Below, piece after piece: positions 11,984-23,440 of a stretch of DNA of 64,000 bases. Position numbers and translations under genes: made by a program. The first letter of the stretch is position 1, and each line of letters starts with the position of its first letter. The notes below the pieces were generated by a model that was not told where the DNA came from, did not search any database, and saw only the letters and a program-made list of their open reading frames with translations. Source of the DNA: Lama glama (lineage: Eukaryota). The stretch is from assembly GCA_028534125.1 (NCBI GenBank), contig CM052817.1:82152001-82216000 (forward strand). Direction: 5' to 3'.

Positions 11984-12501
11984 TGTAACAAGGAAGAACA
12001 AATCTGACTCCATAGCAGATCTGTTCCTTTAGCTGTAACCCTGTGCTCTGTTTCCTGTGCTTAGTCATGCTAGTTCTGCACCTTTTGTAAAAGAATATTT
12101 TCTATAGCCTAAAATATACAGGATAGGCCATTCTCAAGGCTCTGACCTTTAAGGGTATAACACTTTTCCATTTATATAGACATAAAAAATTGCAGAACAG
12201 ACAATAACATTTATCTTGTTGAAGGTTTACAGGAAAATCATGACCTTACCTACGTGGACAGTGTCAAGAACAAAGGATTCTGACACCAAGAAGTTTACAC
12301 CAACCAACCACACCCTCTTCCCTTTTTCGTATAAAAGGAGCCTGAATTCTGACTTGGGAAAGACGGTTCTCTGGGACATTAGTTCCCAAACTTGTGTCTG
12401 CCAGCTTTCGGGATAAAGTCATTATTCCTTGCCCCAGCATCTCGTCTCCTGATTATCTGGCCTGTCATGAGGTGAGCAGAATGAGCTTGGACTTGGTAAC
12501 A
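11984..12501 (+). mobile_element. ERV1 solo LTR, MER41-like
   Basis: Begins tgtaaca and ends ggtaaca; 4-bp TSD ATAA (11980-11983, 12502-12505); TATA tataaaa at 12330; gactccat start motif and ataaagtc...ttccttgcccca R/U5 typical of MER41-like LTRs. Confidence 0.85.
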
Positions 12502-12744
12502 ATAATGACAGATTAATTACGTCCAAGCTCATTTTCTAGTGTTCAGTACCTTGATGGGTGCATGCACACACAAATTTCTATGTGACTTTTTGGATTTAAA
12601 TATTCAGGTGACATTTTTATACAATCTAGGCTAAAGTATTCTGTACCATAGTCTCAAATTATTTGAACTATTTGGATTTGTAGGAGAAGTGATAACTGGA
12701 GCCAAGTGTTCACCATGAGAATTTAACACATAAGTATCTAGAAA

Positions 12745-13170
12745 TTAGTTCATTTATCATTCCACATTTGCTCACTGACAGTCTACCACTTGCCATGGCT
12801 CCACTCTCTCCTAGGAGCTTGGGATGCCAGAGTCAACAAAATAAAGTCTCTGCTCTCATGGTCCTTACATTTCTATGAGAAGAAATTCTTAACAAAAATC
12901 CATAAAATAAACACGTAACTGTTTAGAGTCTATTAGTAACGTTAAGGGCTGTAAACAAATTATAAAGTAGGAAAGGAGACGGACGCATCATCAGAGTGAG
13001 CTGTGCTGTTTTACGCAGTCATCAGAAGGTCACACTTGAGTAGAGGCTTGTTAAAGGAGGGTGGGAGAACTTGCCAAAGTCTGGGGGAGAGCATTTTAGA
13101 GAGAAGGAATAGCAGGAGCAAAGGATCTGAGGCAGAGATGTGCTTTGGTTGTTCAAGAAGAGCAAGAAAA
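12745..13170 (-). mobile_element. L2a 3' end
   Basis: ttcatttatcattc...aaagtctctgctctcatgg...ctgggggagagcattttagagagaaggaatagcaggagcaaagg...tgttcaagaagagcaagaa. Confidence 0.75.
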
Positions 13171-13739
13171 AATGCCTTTCATGTTCAATGTGTCCTTGGC
13201 TATTTTTTTCTTAAAATTGATCTCCTTTTAAAAGCAAACTCTCTTAGGGGATAAAAATAATTATTTAAGTAAGCCAATGGATTAATTTTTATACAAGTAG
13301 ACGTGATAGATTGAGGCTATAATACTATTTCTTACGTTAAGTATGAGAGAATGCATTTCTTTTTCAAATTATACAATTTTGTTTATGGTGGTCAGTAAAA
13401 TGTTTCATTGTATATTGTTTGAGCATTCAGTAGTCACCGTGAAATAAAATGTGTCTCCATTTCTGTGGTTCTCTGGAAAGTGATTTATTTTCAGGGCAGC
13501 TCTCTGCAAAATGAACATTCTTTCATCCATGTAAGTACAGAATAATGAAATTCTATGCACCTTCACTATAGTTTTGTGTTTTTATTTTTCAGTCCTCAGA
13601 AGCCTGCAAAATGTATTGGGTTATGAAACAGGGAACTTACTATCTAACCAAAATTGTGTTTGCGACTGGAGATTTCTCTTATAGCAGTGGCTTGGTACCT
13701 GGTAAGGGGGTTTTCAGATTTGATCAGCCTCAATTCTTA

Positions 13740-13970
13740 AAACACAGCTGCCTTCCCCTGCCTGCTCCATCACATGAAAAGAAGTAACAACTTTCTCTTC
13801 CTGTTAGTCTAGCTGCTTAAAAATAACACATTCCAGCAAGGAGGGAGGGAGGGAGATTACAAGCAACAGGACATATGAGACTTGCCAAGGGGGCCAGCAT
13901 TTCCTGGCTCACAATTGCAGGAAAGGCTTTGCTCCATTATCAATGGGACCTGGATGCTTTGATAGGCAAT
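13740..13970. promoter_or_regulatory. Candidate muscle/mesenchymal-type enhancer
   Basis: E-box cagctg (13745), MEF2 ttaaaaataa (13817) next to TEAD acattcca (13828), NFI half-site tgccaa (13883), ETS atttcctg (13899), SOX-like palindrome ccattatcaatgg (13934), TCF ctttgat (13957). Confidence 0.4.
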
Positions 13971-14473
13971 TGTTTCAAAAGGCTAAACAACATTCGCAGT
14001 TGAAATATTGTGTGTGTTACACAAGGCTTGTGTGGAGGAAATATAGCACCAGATGGATCAGACAATAGTCTTGTCTCGTGTTTTGTTCTTTTACGGTAAT
14101 AAAATAAAAACTAAAAAATATAGCCATATACAACTTTGCTTTTAATAAAGTCTCTGTTGTTTTATAAAAGAATGGTGGACTTGTCATGAACAATACAGAT
14201 TTCCTTTGCAATAATTGCTGATTTTAAAATGTACAGAAACAATGGAATGCTTAAGACATCACAATCACTTTAAGTAAGGACATTTCTTTTTTAGCACTCT
14301 GAATCCATCATCTCCAGTGGAATTAGAAAAAAATGATTAACTGGTTAGAAATATACTCCCCCTACAGTCAGGACAGAAGAATGACTTCTAAACCAGTCTT
14401 GTTATTTAGGGAATATTTTGATTAATATCGCCTTCCTCTCTATTTTGAGTTCCTATAGGGAATTATATGATAG

Positions 14474-14477
<4 letters not shown>

Positions 14478-14510
<33 letters not shown>
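14478..14510. repeat. (TA)n microsatellite
   Basis: About 16 perfect TA units. Confidence 0.95.
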
Positions 14511-14514
<4 letters not shown>

Positions 14515-16009
14515 GTTTTCCACTTCTCAGAAAATTCACTAACTTTGATGATCTTTCTTAAGTGTGATCAGGAAGTTTTTTTTTTTTTCACTCTTTCTGA
14601 GGAAGCTGAGAGAAACAGATGAAAAATAGAGCTTTGTTAAATAAATGCCTATAAAATATCTATTTATGATAAACCCTGCAGTTCCATGTCTTATTTTTAA
14701 GTGACAGAAAAGCTGACAATTTCATGCTCAAATTCTGTGTGGTATTTGGTTATCTTTAAGCAAGTCCTGGTCTCCCCTGCTCTGGGTAACTTTGCTTAGA
14801 GGATCTGCATGAACTGGGCACAATTCTCTTTCCTTCTCTCTACATGAAAACATACACCAGTTCCAATACGTGATCAGGTAAACTCTGATGCAGTGCTGGG
14901 ATCATTATGATTCCAACATGCTCTGATGTTATCCTTAATGGGTCTCCCTGAGTATCTCCCTATAACTAGAGGTGGAGAAAAATGAACCCTGACTAGGGAA
15001 AGTAAAGTTTAGACCAGACAAATATTTCACAAATATGCAAGCCAAGCTAATACAATATGTTTAAAGGAGACAGGGATTCCCATTATACACTCAGCACCCA
15101 GCTATATTCTTTCACGGCGACAATACTGTTTGCCTTTTTTAGGTGAGTAGCTGACACGTGCACTGCAGGAGGTCTGTAATCCTGGCAATTCTGACTTTTG
15201 CCTAGAAGTCATTTTTTTTAGATGAATAAAGTGATATAACTATAATTTGACTAGAAAATTTACTCTGGTTATGGTGTGGAAGGAAAACCGAAAAGAAAGT
15301 GGCTATTGGCAGAGAGATCAATTAAGAGATGTGAAAACACCTTAAAAAATGTTCAGAGGGAAAATCTATTTACGTATTGAAAACACTTGACAAAGGGGTG
15401 AAAAAGTAATGATGATTTGATAATATTTCCATTTTGGATCATATTTGGATGGTAATTACGATGAATCTTTGTCATTAATAGGGGCCAATACTGTCTGGTT
15501 TAAAAATTTTCCAAACTTGAAACTATAATGTTGGAAATACATGTTAAAGCAGTTAACACTATATTTTAATTTTATCAGCACATGGAAAAATTCTGCTTAG
15601 AAAGAAATCAATGAGTATGCATTACTGCCTTTAGATGACTTTAGTTAATAAATTAATTTTTGTTTTTTGCTTGAATTTAATTGATATATAGCCTTTTAGT
15701 AATCCAGAGGTGTTTTAAAATATTGAGACAGTATAAATTAAAATCATGAGAACTATAATACTTCCCAATTTCCTCCTATTTTGTCTTGAAGACAGCTCTT
15801 TAACGTAGATGACGATGAAAGAAAACCAAACATGATCAAAAATTAATTGGCTAGTCTGTTTATCCTGTTTTTTCATATGTCTACCCAAGTTGTAGAACTT
15901 GCCATGTATTTCATTAAAGAATATAATTATGTGATTACATAGTAAATATATACTTGTGAGGTGGTGATCCAGTAGATAGTTTCAATTACAAAGAGCAAAG
16001 CAGATTTTA

Positions 16010-16200
16010 ACAGTCAAAATTTGTTCAGGAAAACAAATTACCCTAGATAATTCAAGCAGGAATGTATTTAATACAGGGAATTAGGGGCTTACACATTTTT
16101 TGAAAGGAATGGCAGAACAAACTTCATGGAAAACAGTAACAAGTTTTCAGGAAATCAGGACATTTTAGAGCTGCCAAGAAATTACTATTGATAATTTCAG
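16010..16200 (-). mobile_element. ERVL/MaLR-type LTR fragment
   Basis: caggaaaacaaattaccctagataattcaagcaggaatgtatttaatacagggaattagg resembles the antisense end of old MLT1-type LTRs. Confidence 0.4.
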
Positions 16201-18307
16201 GTGCCTTGATATTAATTTTTCAGTTGATCATTTGTTGATTTGCTTGATTTTAATCAAGATATTCTGGAGAATACAGAATGGGCTAATTGTACATTTATGG
16301 GCATTTGAATTTCTATGTGATTCACCACTGTTACTGCTAAGTATTATTTCCTTCTGTCAGCTTGCTTGTATGTATGGTTCCTATTGCAAAAAAATTAAAT
16401 TCTCCTTGGGCTCAAGCTACAAATGAATTAATTCCAATTCAAATTTACCAAATAACAATTCTTTTCCTAAAATAGTTTTCCAAGGTGTTTATCAAATGAA
16501 TAAATTTAATTTAAAACCATCTAAAACTTAATTTAAAAAACTTTAAAAAATCTTTTTCCTGTGAGCAAAGAGTTTGAAGGATACTAAAATAATAGGGATG
16601 AAGTAACTATATCTAATTAAGGGGCTAAGCCAGCTGGGTCAGGCTTATGAGTGAGCAATGTATAAATGGAATTTGTAGTCTTCAGAGGCTAGAGGTAGGA
16701 AAGGAAGAAGTCAGAAGATTCTTGGAGAAAAAGATACCCATTTGCCTTTGAGAACTGTATCTGAACACTCAGTAGGGACCCCACTACTGGACAGGTACTA
16801 CCAAAGGCTAATGGGCTAAGAGAATCTTCGGAGACTCTAAAGACCACTGAGGACTGAGCACAGTAGAGAAAACAACACAGGCCATGCATAAGGAGACAGA
16901 AAATTGTTTGAATATTAGCTTTGTTGACCCTAGCAGGGAGAGTATTTGAGAATATTTCTTAACTTTGCCAAGTATAGGATTTTAAAACTACAATTTGTGT
17001 TAACGCTTATTTCATAAATGCTAATATGTATGAACTGTGTGGCAAACAATAGGTTCTAATGTATGTGTCTCCACATTCTCTTCCTATTTGCATATAAACT
17101 AAGTTTTGAGAAAGTCTATCCACCCTTTCTGTTCTGAAATCTGGTCTGTTAGGAATGGACATCTCCATTTGCCCCAAGTTTTTGGACCGTGCCAAATTCT
17201 GAGGATCCTACTAAAGGAGCAAAATTTCACGTAGAAGTTTTATAAAATGCTTGAGTAAGTTTACATAAAATCACTCTGTGGTTCTACCATAGTATTTCTT
17301 CAAAATATCTTGGGAGTCCTTGAAGAGTAGAGGCAGTGGGTAAAAAGTAGCAAGGGATGTTCGAAGAATCTTATTTCCAGGGAGAAGCATATTATTTGAC
17401 ATACAAAATAAGGAGTAAAACTATTTAACAATTTAGTAGAATAAGTTAAATTAAAAGGATAAATCAAGCAAAGCATTTTAAAAAATTAACGACAATATTT
17501 GTAAAATAGAATTAGGCTCAGACTTAATATTTACTTTATTTTTAATACTGGCTCCTAATGGAAGTTACAAACAGCTGGCTTTGTTGATCTAATGATTCCA
17601 TGTAAGTCTGAATAGGCAGAATCAGAATCATTAAAGTTCCATTCTCATCAGATCTGTGCTTGAGAAAACTAAGTGTATACTCTTACAGTAATTTATTATA
17701 GACATTTTTTATTTGTCCTAGATACATTATTAAAATGACAGAAGGGAATGAGATGAAATAGTACAGCAATTACACAGTTTAAAACTTTTCAATTATAGAG
17801 AAGCATTCAACTGCATCCTTCATTACCACCATCTGTGTTGTATATATCACTCTAAGATTAATAGCAGGCAGGGTTTGTTTGTTTCTTTGTTTATATGGAA
17901 TTCAAACCAAGATAGGTTTTTCCCATCAACGGAAAACATTGTAAAAAGAAAGACAGTTATCTTTCTTGGATAGCAGGACATTCTCAAGGTCTTTCCCAGA
18001 ATATCCCCCCAACCCCCCAGCTCCTGCACTAAACCTACTGTCGTGCATTAGCTCTGGCATATTTTTATTCAAAATAAAGTGTACGTTATCTTTTTACCTA
18101 ACCTAGCAAGAGAAAGATTTCTGATAACTGCATATTCCCATCTTCTAGAATGCTATGTATGACACTGGTTTAAATTTCAACAATAAGACTCAGGGTTGGA
18201 GAAAAGTCGTCATTTGTGGTTTCCTAGAAGTAGTTTAATGTTCTGAATTGCATCTCCTCCTAGTGGCCTCATAGAGTTATCACAATTTCCAATGTGAGTA
18301 GCTCACT

Positions 18308-18460
18308 TCTTAATTCAATTCAGTTCATTTCAGTTCACATCACTTCAATTTAATTCAGTTCACCTCTGTTCAATTCAATTTCACAGAATTTCTTGAAAAC
18401 TTACTGAACACTGTGAACACTCTATTAGATGTAGCAGACTGAAAAGTGCAAAGGTCTTTT
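18308..18460 (-). mobile_element. L2 3' tail with expanded (TTCAR)n pentamer array
   Basis: ttcaattcagttcatttcagttcacatcacttcaatttaattcagttca...ttcaattcaa followed by a degenerate L2 terminus. Confidence 0.5.
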
Positions 18461-18520
18461 ATCTTTACCAAAAATGAACTAATTTTATGAGCCAATTATT
18501 TTAATCACTAGTCATAGAAC

Positions 18521-18570
<50 letters not shown>
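18521..18570. repeat. (ATCT)n tetranucleotide microsatellite
   Basis: 12.5 perfect ATCT units. Confidence 0.95.
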
Positions 18571-18779
18571 TTATTCTGGTCTTTTAAGTTAAATAGTAAC
18601 AAAATAGCAGTGAATTCCAATACAAACAGTTGGCTAATCCTCCTGTCCAAAAATGGCAACACTACTAAGGCTAAGTTAGCATTTGGCATAATCACTTTGC
18701 TGACGTATCAAAGTCCAAATACAAAGTATTTGGGGTGTTTGAATGTAGTGGAAAGCATGGTGCAATGAATCACTACTAG

Positions 18780-18889
18780 GAAGGCATAATGTTGCACTGG
18801 AAGTGAATTAGCTTTTGGACTGGCGTCAGAACACTACTTTCTAGTCTGAACTCTGACATCAATTGTGTGATCTAAAATGAGTTACTCCA
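18780..18889 (+). mobile_element. MIR 5' half, truncated by the L1 insertion
   Basis: ggactggcgtcagaa...ctctgacatcaattgtgtgatctaaaatgagttact resembles MIR tgtgtgaccttgggcaagttactt. Confidence 0.55.
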
Positions 18890-20226
18890 GGAGATCAAGA
18901 TCAGATCTTGATCAGCAGAGTAGAAAGACACAGAGCTCACCTCACCCCATGAGCACAACAAAAATACATCTACTTATGGAGCAATTCTCACTAAAAACAA
19001 ACTGGAGATGGCCAGAAAGGTGCTTATACAATTATGGCTGTAAAGAAAGATCTACATGGAGGCAAGTGGGAGGGGAAGAGAGGTGATCAGGTTGGGATTC
19101 ACAGCCCTAGGAAGGGACACACAAGAGGGGGATTGGATTGCACAAGCTCAGCGACTCTCTCAGGCGAGTGAGCAGTTGACACCACACACTGGGCACTGAA
19201 GCCCTGGGGTCTGACACTGGGAAGAACACTCCCCTTAGCTGGTTTGAAAACCACTGGGACCAACAGGAGGGCTCTAAGACACATAGACTGCTCGTGAAGG
19301 GTGTGCACGCACTTGCTTACTCCCAAGAACAAGGCAGAAGAAGTGGACTGAAACTGCCCAGGACCCGGGCTGGTTTCCTGTGATTGCCCCAGCACACACC
19401 CTGACTCACACTAAGTGCTTGCTTGAGGCCCTCTTGTTTCAGTGCACCTCCCCACAGAGTAAAGGCTGCCATTGCCATGGAGGGTGTGCAGTTACAGGGG
19501 ACAGAGCAAGCTTTGCATCTGAATGGGATGAGGGCAGCCACTGCTGGTGTTCATGGAGGCAGCAGATTTCGAGGGGTCTGGAGCTTTGACCGGTGTACCA
19601 GGACCACCCCTGCACGCATCACTGCCTGCACTGGGTGCCCTCAGGCCAAATGCTCCAGGGCTGATCCTCTCTGGGATAAAGGTGCAGAGAGTGGAAGGGG
19701 GAAGAATAAATACTCAGAGAGAATGGAATAAGCTCAGACCTGAACTTCAGGGCTCCTGCTCCAGCACCTTGGGACCCAATCCCACTCCCAGTAGGGCAGC
19801 GTCTGTCACTTAGAATAGGAGAAGACTTGGTCACATCTGGCTGTGGTTCTAGCCCTTCTGTTTCCAGCACCACCTCCCACCAAGGTGACTGCTGCCAGCA
19901 CACCCTGGGGGAAGGCATGATCCATGCTCACTTCATATCCAGCTCTCCCAACAAAGTCTCTGGTCACACAGACTGCATAGGAATGTTCCCACACAAGGAT
20001 AGGGATAGGTAATTGTTCAGAATGGGGTAGGTAGTTACTTCAACTAATTTCATAGACAGAGAAAGTTAAGGAAATGAGAAGACTGAGGAATTTGTTTCAA
20101 AGAAAAGAACAAGGAAAAAACCCTGAAAAAACTGCTAATGAAACAAAGATAAATAATTTCCCAGATAAGGAGTTCAAAGCATTAATAATAAGAATGCTAA
20201 CTGAACTAGGGAAAAGAGTAGGTGAG
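18890..20226 (+). mobile_element. L1 5' UTR plus start of ORF1 (3' portion missing), Laurasiatherian/artiodactyl-type
   Basis: gagtagaaagacacagagctcacctcacccc...aaaaatacatctac L1 5' end; GC-rich UTR; ORF1 start at 20074. Confidence 0.85.
20074..20226 (+). pseudogene. L1 ORF1p N-terminal relic
   Basis: Translates MRRLRNLFQRKEQGKNPEKTANETKINNFPDKEFKALIIRMLTELGKRVGE, the L1 ORF1p motif MRRQRN.FQ.KEQ...I.NLPDKEFK..II.ML.EL. Confidence 0.85.
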
Positions 20227-20231
20227 GAGAA

Positions 20232-21223
20232 TTATAAATAGCCATTTCTGATAATTATGGATGTTTTTCCCAGCTTCACACAAAACTCAGAAAGTAATTT
20301 CTTAAAGATCATTTGTGATGTGGACATATCATGAAAACATAATATTTATCTTTTAGTACAGTTACATTTAAATTCCATTAGTCGATCTTACACTTTGGGT
20401 GGGTCTTTTATCCACACATAACAAACAACATGCATGTGTTATTTAGAAAATATTGGTCCACCAAGCTGAGCTCTCTTAGGTCTTGACCCATTTTACTGTC
20501 TCGTACCTGAAAATCATATTCATTAATACCATGACCAAATTAATTACATAAGTCTTGAAATACTGGGAAGCTGTCAAACTTATGACAACAGATGGCAGTC
20601 TTCCAAAATCTTGATTTTTCACTTAAAAGTTTGATTTTTGTCATTGAAAACAAGTGTTATTAGTAGTTTTCTTTAACATTACAGGCCCACGCCATTAATT
20701 TTTGAGGAAATGCCTACCAAATATGCAAATCTCAAAAATCACTGCTTTTCTGTCATTCTTCCAAGTAAAAATGGTTTTCCATTAAAAAAAATAGCTAGTT
20801 CAGATCACGACTCAACTGTGCAATTGCTTTTTCTCAACAAAGCCATCACACTTTGATAGACAGAGGTGCTTATGTGAACTTCCCATTATTAAACAGATGT
20901 GTGCTCAAGTTCAGATTAAGAAAATTACTAATATTTACTGCTTCTTTACAGATATATTAAAACTGGACTACAAAAGAATTTGAATAGCAAAGAGGAACAA
21001 AAGAACCAAGAATATAGCATGTTTTGGTTGGTAATAAAGTGTCTTGATTGGTAATAAATTGCCCACCATAAAACCAGTCCCCCCCCCTTTTATACCATTA
21101 ATGCACATTTATCCCAGTCACAGAAGTAATTTGTGTCTTGGAATTATTATGAAAATAGTGTTGATCCTATAAAGGGGTTTGAGGACCCCCAGACATCTAT
21201 GTTCCATACTTTCAGAGCCACTG
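20232..21223 (-). mobile_element. Charlie1a-like hAT DNA transposon, one end missing
   Basis: gaaaatattggt...tactgggaagctgtcaaact...caagtaaaaatggt...aaaatagctagttcag...attattatgaaaatagt...gaggacccccag...actttcagagccactg (terminal inverted repeat end). Confidence 0.8.
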
Positions 21224-21514
21224 ACTGATGAAGAAGAAGGGTATACCCTGAACTGGAGCAATCATAGGACCCCATGTTAATCAATCAATCAATCAATAAT
21301 TAAGGTTACACACTGACATTTCTGATAGTACGTATCAACCATAGAGGCATGAAATGAACTGAATCACAGTAAAAGAGGTGTTGTGAGTAGCATTTAGATT
21401 GAAAAATACCTCTAAATGATTCTCATGTGTTGAGAGTTTTTGCCTCCAAAAAAGAGAAAGGAAGAAAAAAAGCTTGCTTGCTGTGGTAGACTTCATTATT
21501 TACTCTTGTCAAAG

Positions 21515-22412
21515 TATTCACTGTCTTCCCTACAGAGGTTTACAGATTTCTTCTCTATTAACAGCTTTAACTGTACGATTCATTTTATCTAATGAAATGC
21601 ATGCAAAAGTAATGGGTGCCAGCCACTTTTGAAACGAAACTTGAAAAGATATTTCACAGTTTCACCTTTCTTTTGCTGCAAGCTCAGCAGTTTCCCAGCA
21701 TGAAGACCATGTGNNNNNNNNNNNNNNNNNNNNNNNNNNNNNNNNNNNNNNNNNNNNNNNNNNNNNNNNNNNNNNNNNNNNNNNNNNNNNNNNNNNNNNN
21801 NNNNNNNNNNNNNNNNNNNNNNNNNNNNNNNNNNNNNNNNNNNNNNNNNNNNNNNNNNNNNNNNNNNNNNNNNNNNNNNNNNNNNNNNNNNNNNNNNNNN
21901 NNNNNNNNNNNNNNNNNNNNNNNNNNNNNNNNNNNNNNNNNNNNNNNNNNNNNNNNNNNNNNNNNNNNNNNNNNNNNNNNNNNNNNNNNNNNNNNNNNNN
22001 NNNNNNNNNNNNNNNNNNNNNNNNNNNNNNNNNNNNNNNNNNNNNNNNNNNNNNNNNNNNNNNNNNNNNNNNNNNNNNNNNNNNNNNNNNNNNNNNNNNN
22101 NNNNNNNNNNNNNNNNNNNNNNNNNNNNNNNNNNNNNNNNNNNNNNNNNNNNNNNNNNNNNNNNNNNNNNNNNNNNNNNNNNNNNNNNNNNNNNNNNNNN
22201 NNNNNNNNNNNNNTATTCACTGTCTTCCCTACAGAGGTTTACAGATTTCTTCTCTATTAACAGCTTTAACTGTACGATTCATTTTATCTAATGAAATGCA
22301 TGCAAAAGTAATGGGTGCCAGCCACTTTTGAAACGAAACTTGAAAAGATATTTCACAGTTTCACCTTTCTTTTGCTGCAAGCTCAGCAGTTTCCCAGCAT
22401 GAAGACCATGTG
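21515..22412 (+). repeat. Exact 199-bp direct duplication flanking the gap (probable contig-overlap artefact)
   Basis: 21515-21713 is identical to 22214-22412. Confidence 0.9.
21714..22213. other. Assembly gap (500 N)
   Basis: Run of exactly 500 N. Confidence 1.
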
Positions 22413-22757
22413 GATCCAAATACAGACAAGTGATTACATAGCATAAGGATTAAAAAATTATTGTTGAATGCCATCAATATTTTGAGATAGCTTTTTACTG
22501 TCAATAACTGAGACTAAACAGATCCAGCCTCTATGAAATATGACACAACAGTCATAATGAAAGCAGGCTAAGGTTGAGATGCAAGGATGATATAAAGAGA
22601 TCTCAAAATAAGGTGACAGTAGGGGCTTCAGAGTTAAGGAAATATAGTAAGGGAATTAAAATTCAACAGCTGAACTTAAGTTGTCATTGAAGGCAATAAG
22701 AGCAGAGTTCATGTTGCAGAAAAGAAAGAAGCTAGAGAACGAAGCCAGTAATTACAG

Positions 22758-22980
22758 TTTACATTTATGAACTAACTGCCTACTAAACACTATGCCTGTG
22801 CTAACTCTTAGCAGATTGTCATCAAATCCTCTAATGATTTTATTGATCCTCTATTGATATGATTATTATCATCATTCAACTCATATGAAGAGAAGGCTTA
22901 CAGAGATGAAAACATTTCTTAATTTGAACTAGGATTTAATCCCAGTCTCATTTAGAGCTTTATCTCTTAATCACTCTGCC
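22758..22980 (-). mobile_element. MIR SINE
   Basis: acatttat...cctacta...cactatgc...attattatc...aggcttacagagatgaaa...aggatttaatcccagtct...ctcttaatcactctgcc. Confidence 0.65.
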
Positions 22981-22994
22981 CCTTAAATGGGACG

Positions 22995-23440
22995 TTTGCC
23001 TTTTTTTTTTTCTTGGCCACTCAACATCAATTTTCTCTGTATAACAATTCCAGAAGTTTCCTTTGGAATAATACCACCCCCTCCTTATTCTCAGTCATTT
23101 GTTTGGAATTGAATTCACAAGATCCACAGTGGTTGATTCAAGTAGGCACATTTAAACCTGGGCAGCTGAGAGCTTATCAAGGACATTTATTTAACGGTGA
23201 AGGGGAAGAAACTCTTACCCATTGGGATTTATTGGCAATTATCTTGTAGTAATGAAGGAAGAAGCCAGAACCAACATCTGAGAAACTAGAGCTAAGAAAC
23301 AGAAAGAGAAAAGTCAACTCCAGGTCACACTGCTTGAGCCTTGAACCAAATCACGTGTGAAGTCATTGAATTTATGAAACTAAATTCCTTTCAGCATTTA
23401 CATGAATTTGGTTCAAGTTTTCTTTCATTTACATCTTATT
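22995..23440 (+). mobile_element. MaLR LTR (MLT1J/K-like)
   Basis: ttcctttggaataataccaccccctcc...gagctaagaaacagaaagag...ttgagccttgaaccaa...gaagtc...taaattcctt...tttggttcaagttttctttcatttaca. Confidence 0.6.

Noticed and set aside
18250..18268. CTCF-like catctcctcctagtggcc
   Set aside because: Three mismatches to the core consensus.
18877..20012. Dense cluster of ORFs on both strands, and CpG-island-like composition
   Set aside because: Explained by the GC-rich L1 5' UTR; no recognisable protein.
21616..22331. Longest ORFs in the track (178-214 aa)
   Set aside because: They are read-through of the 500-N gap (poly-X).
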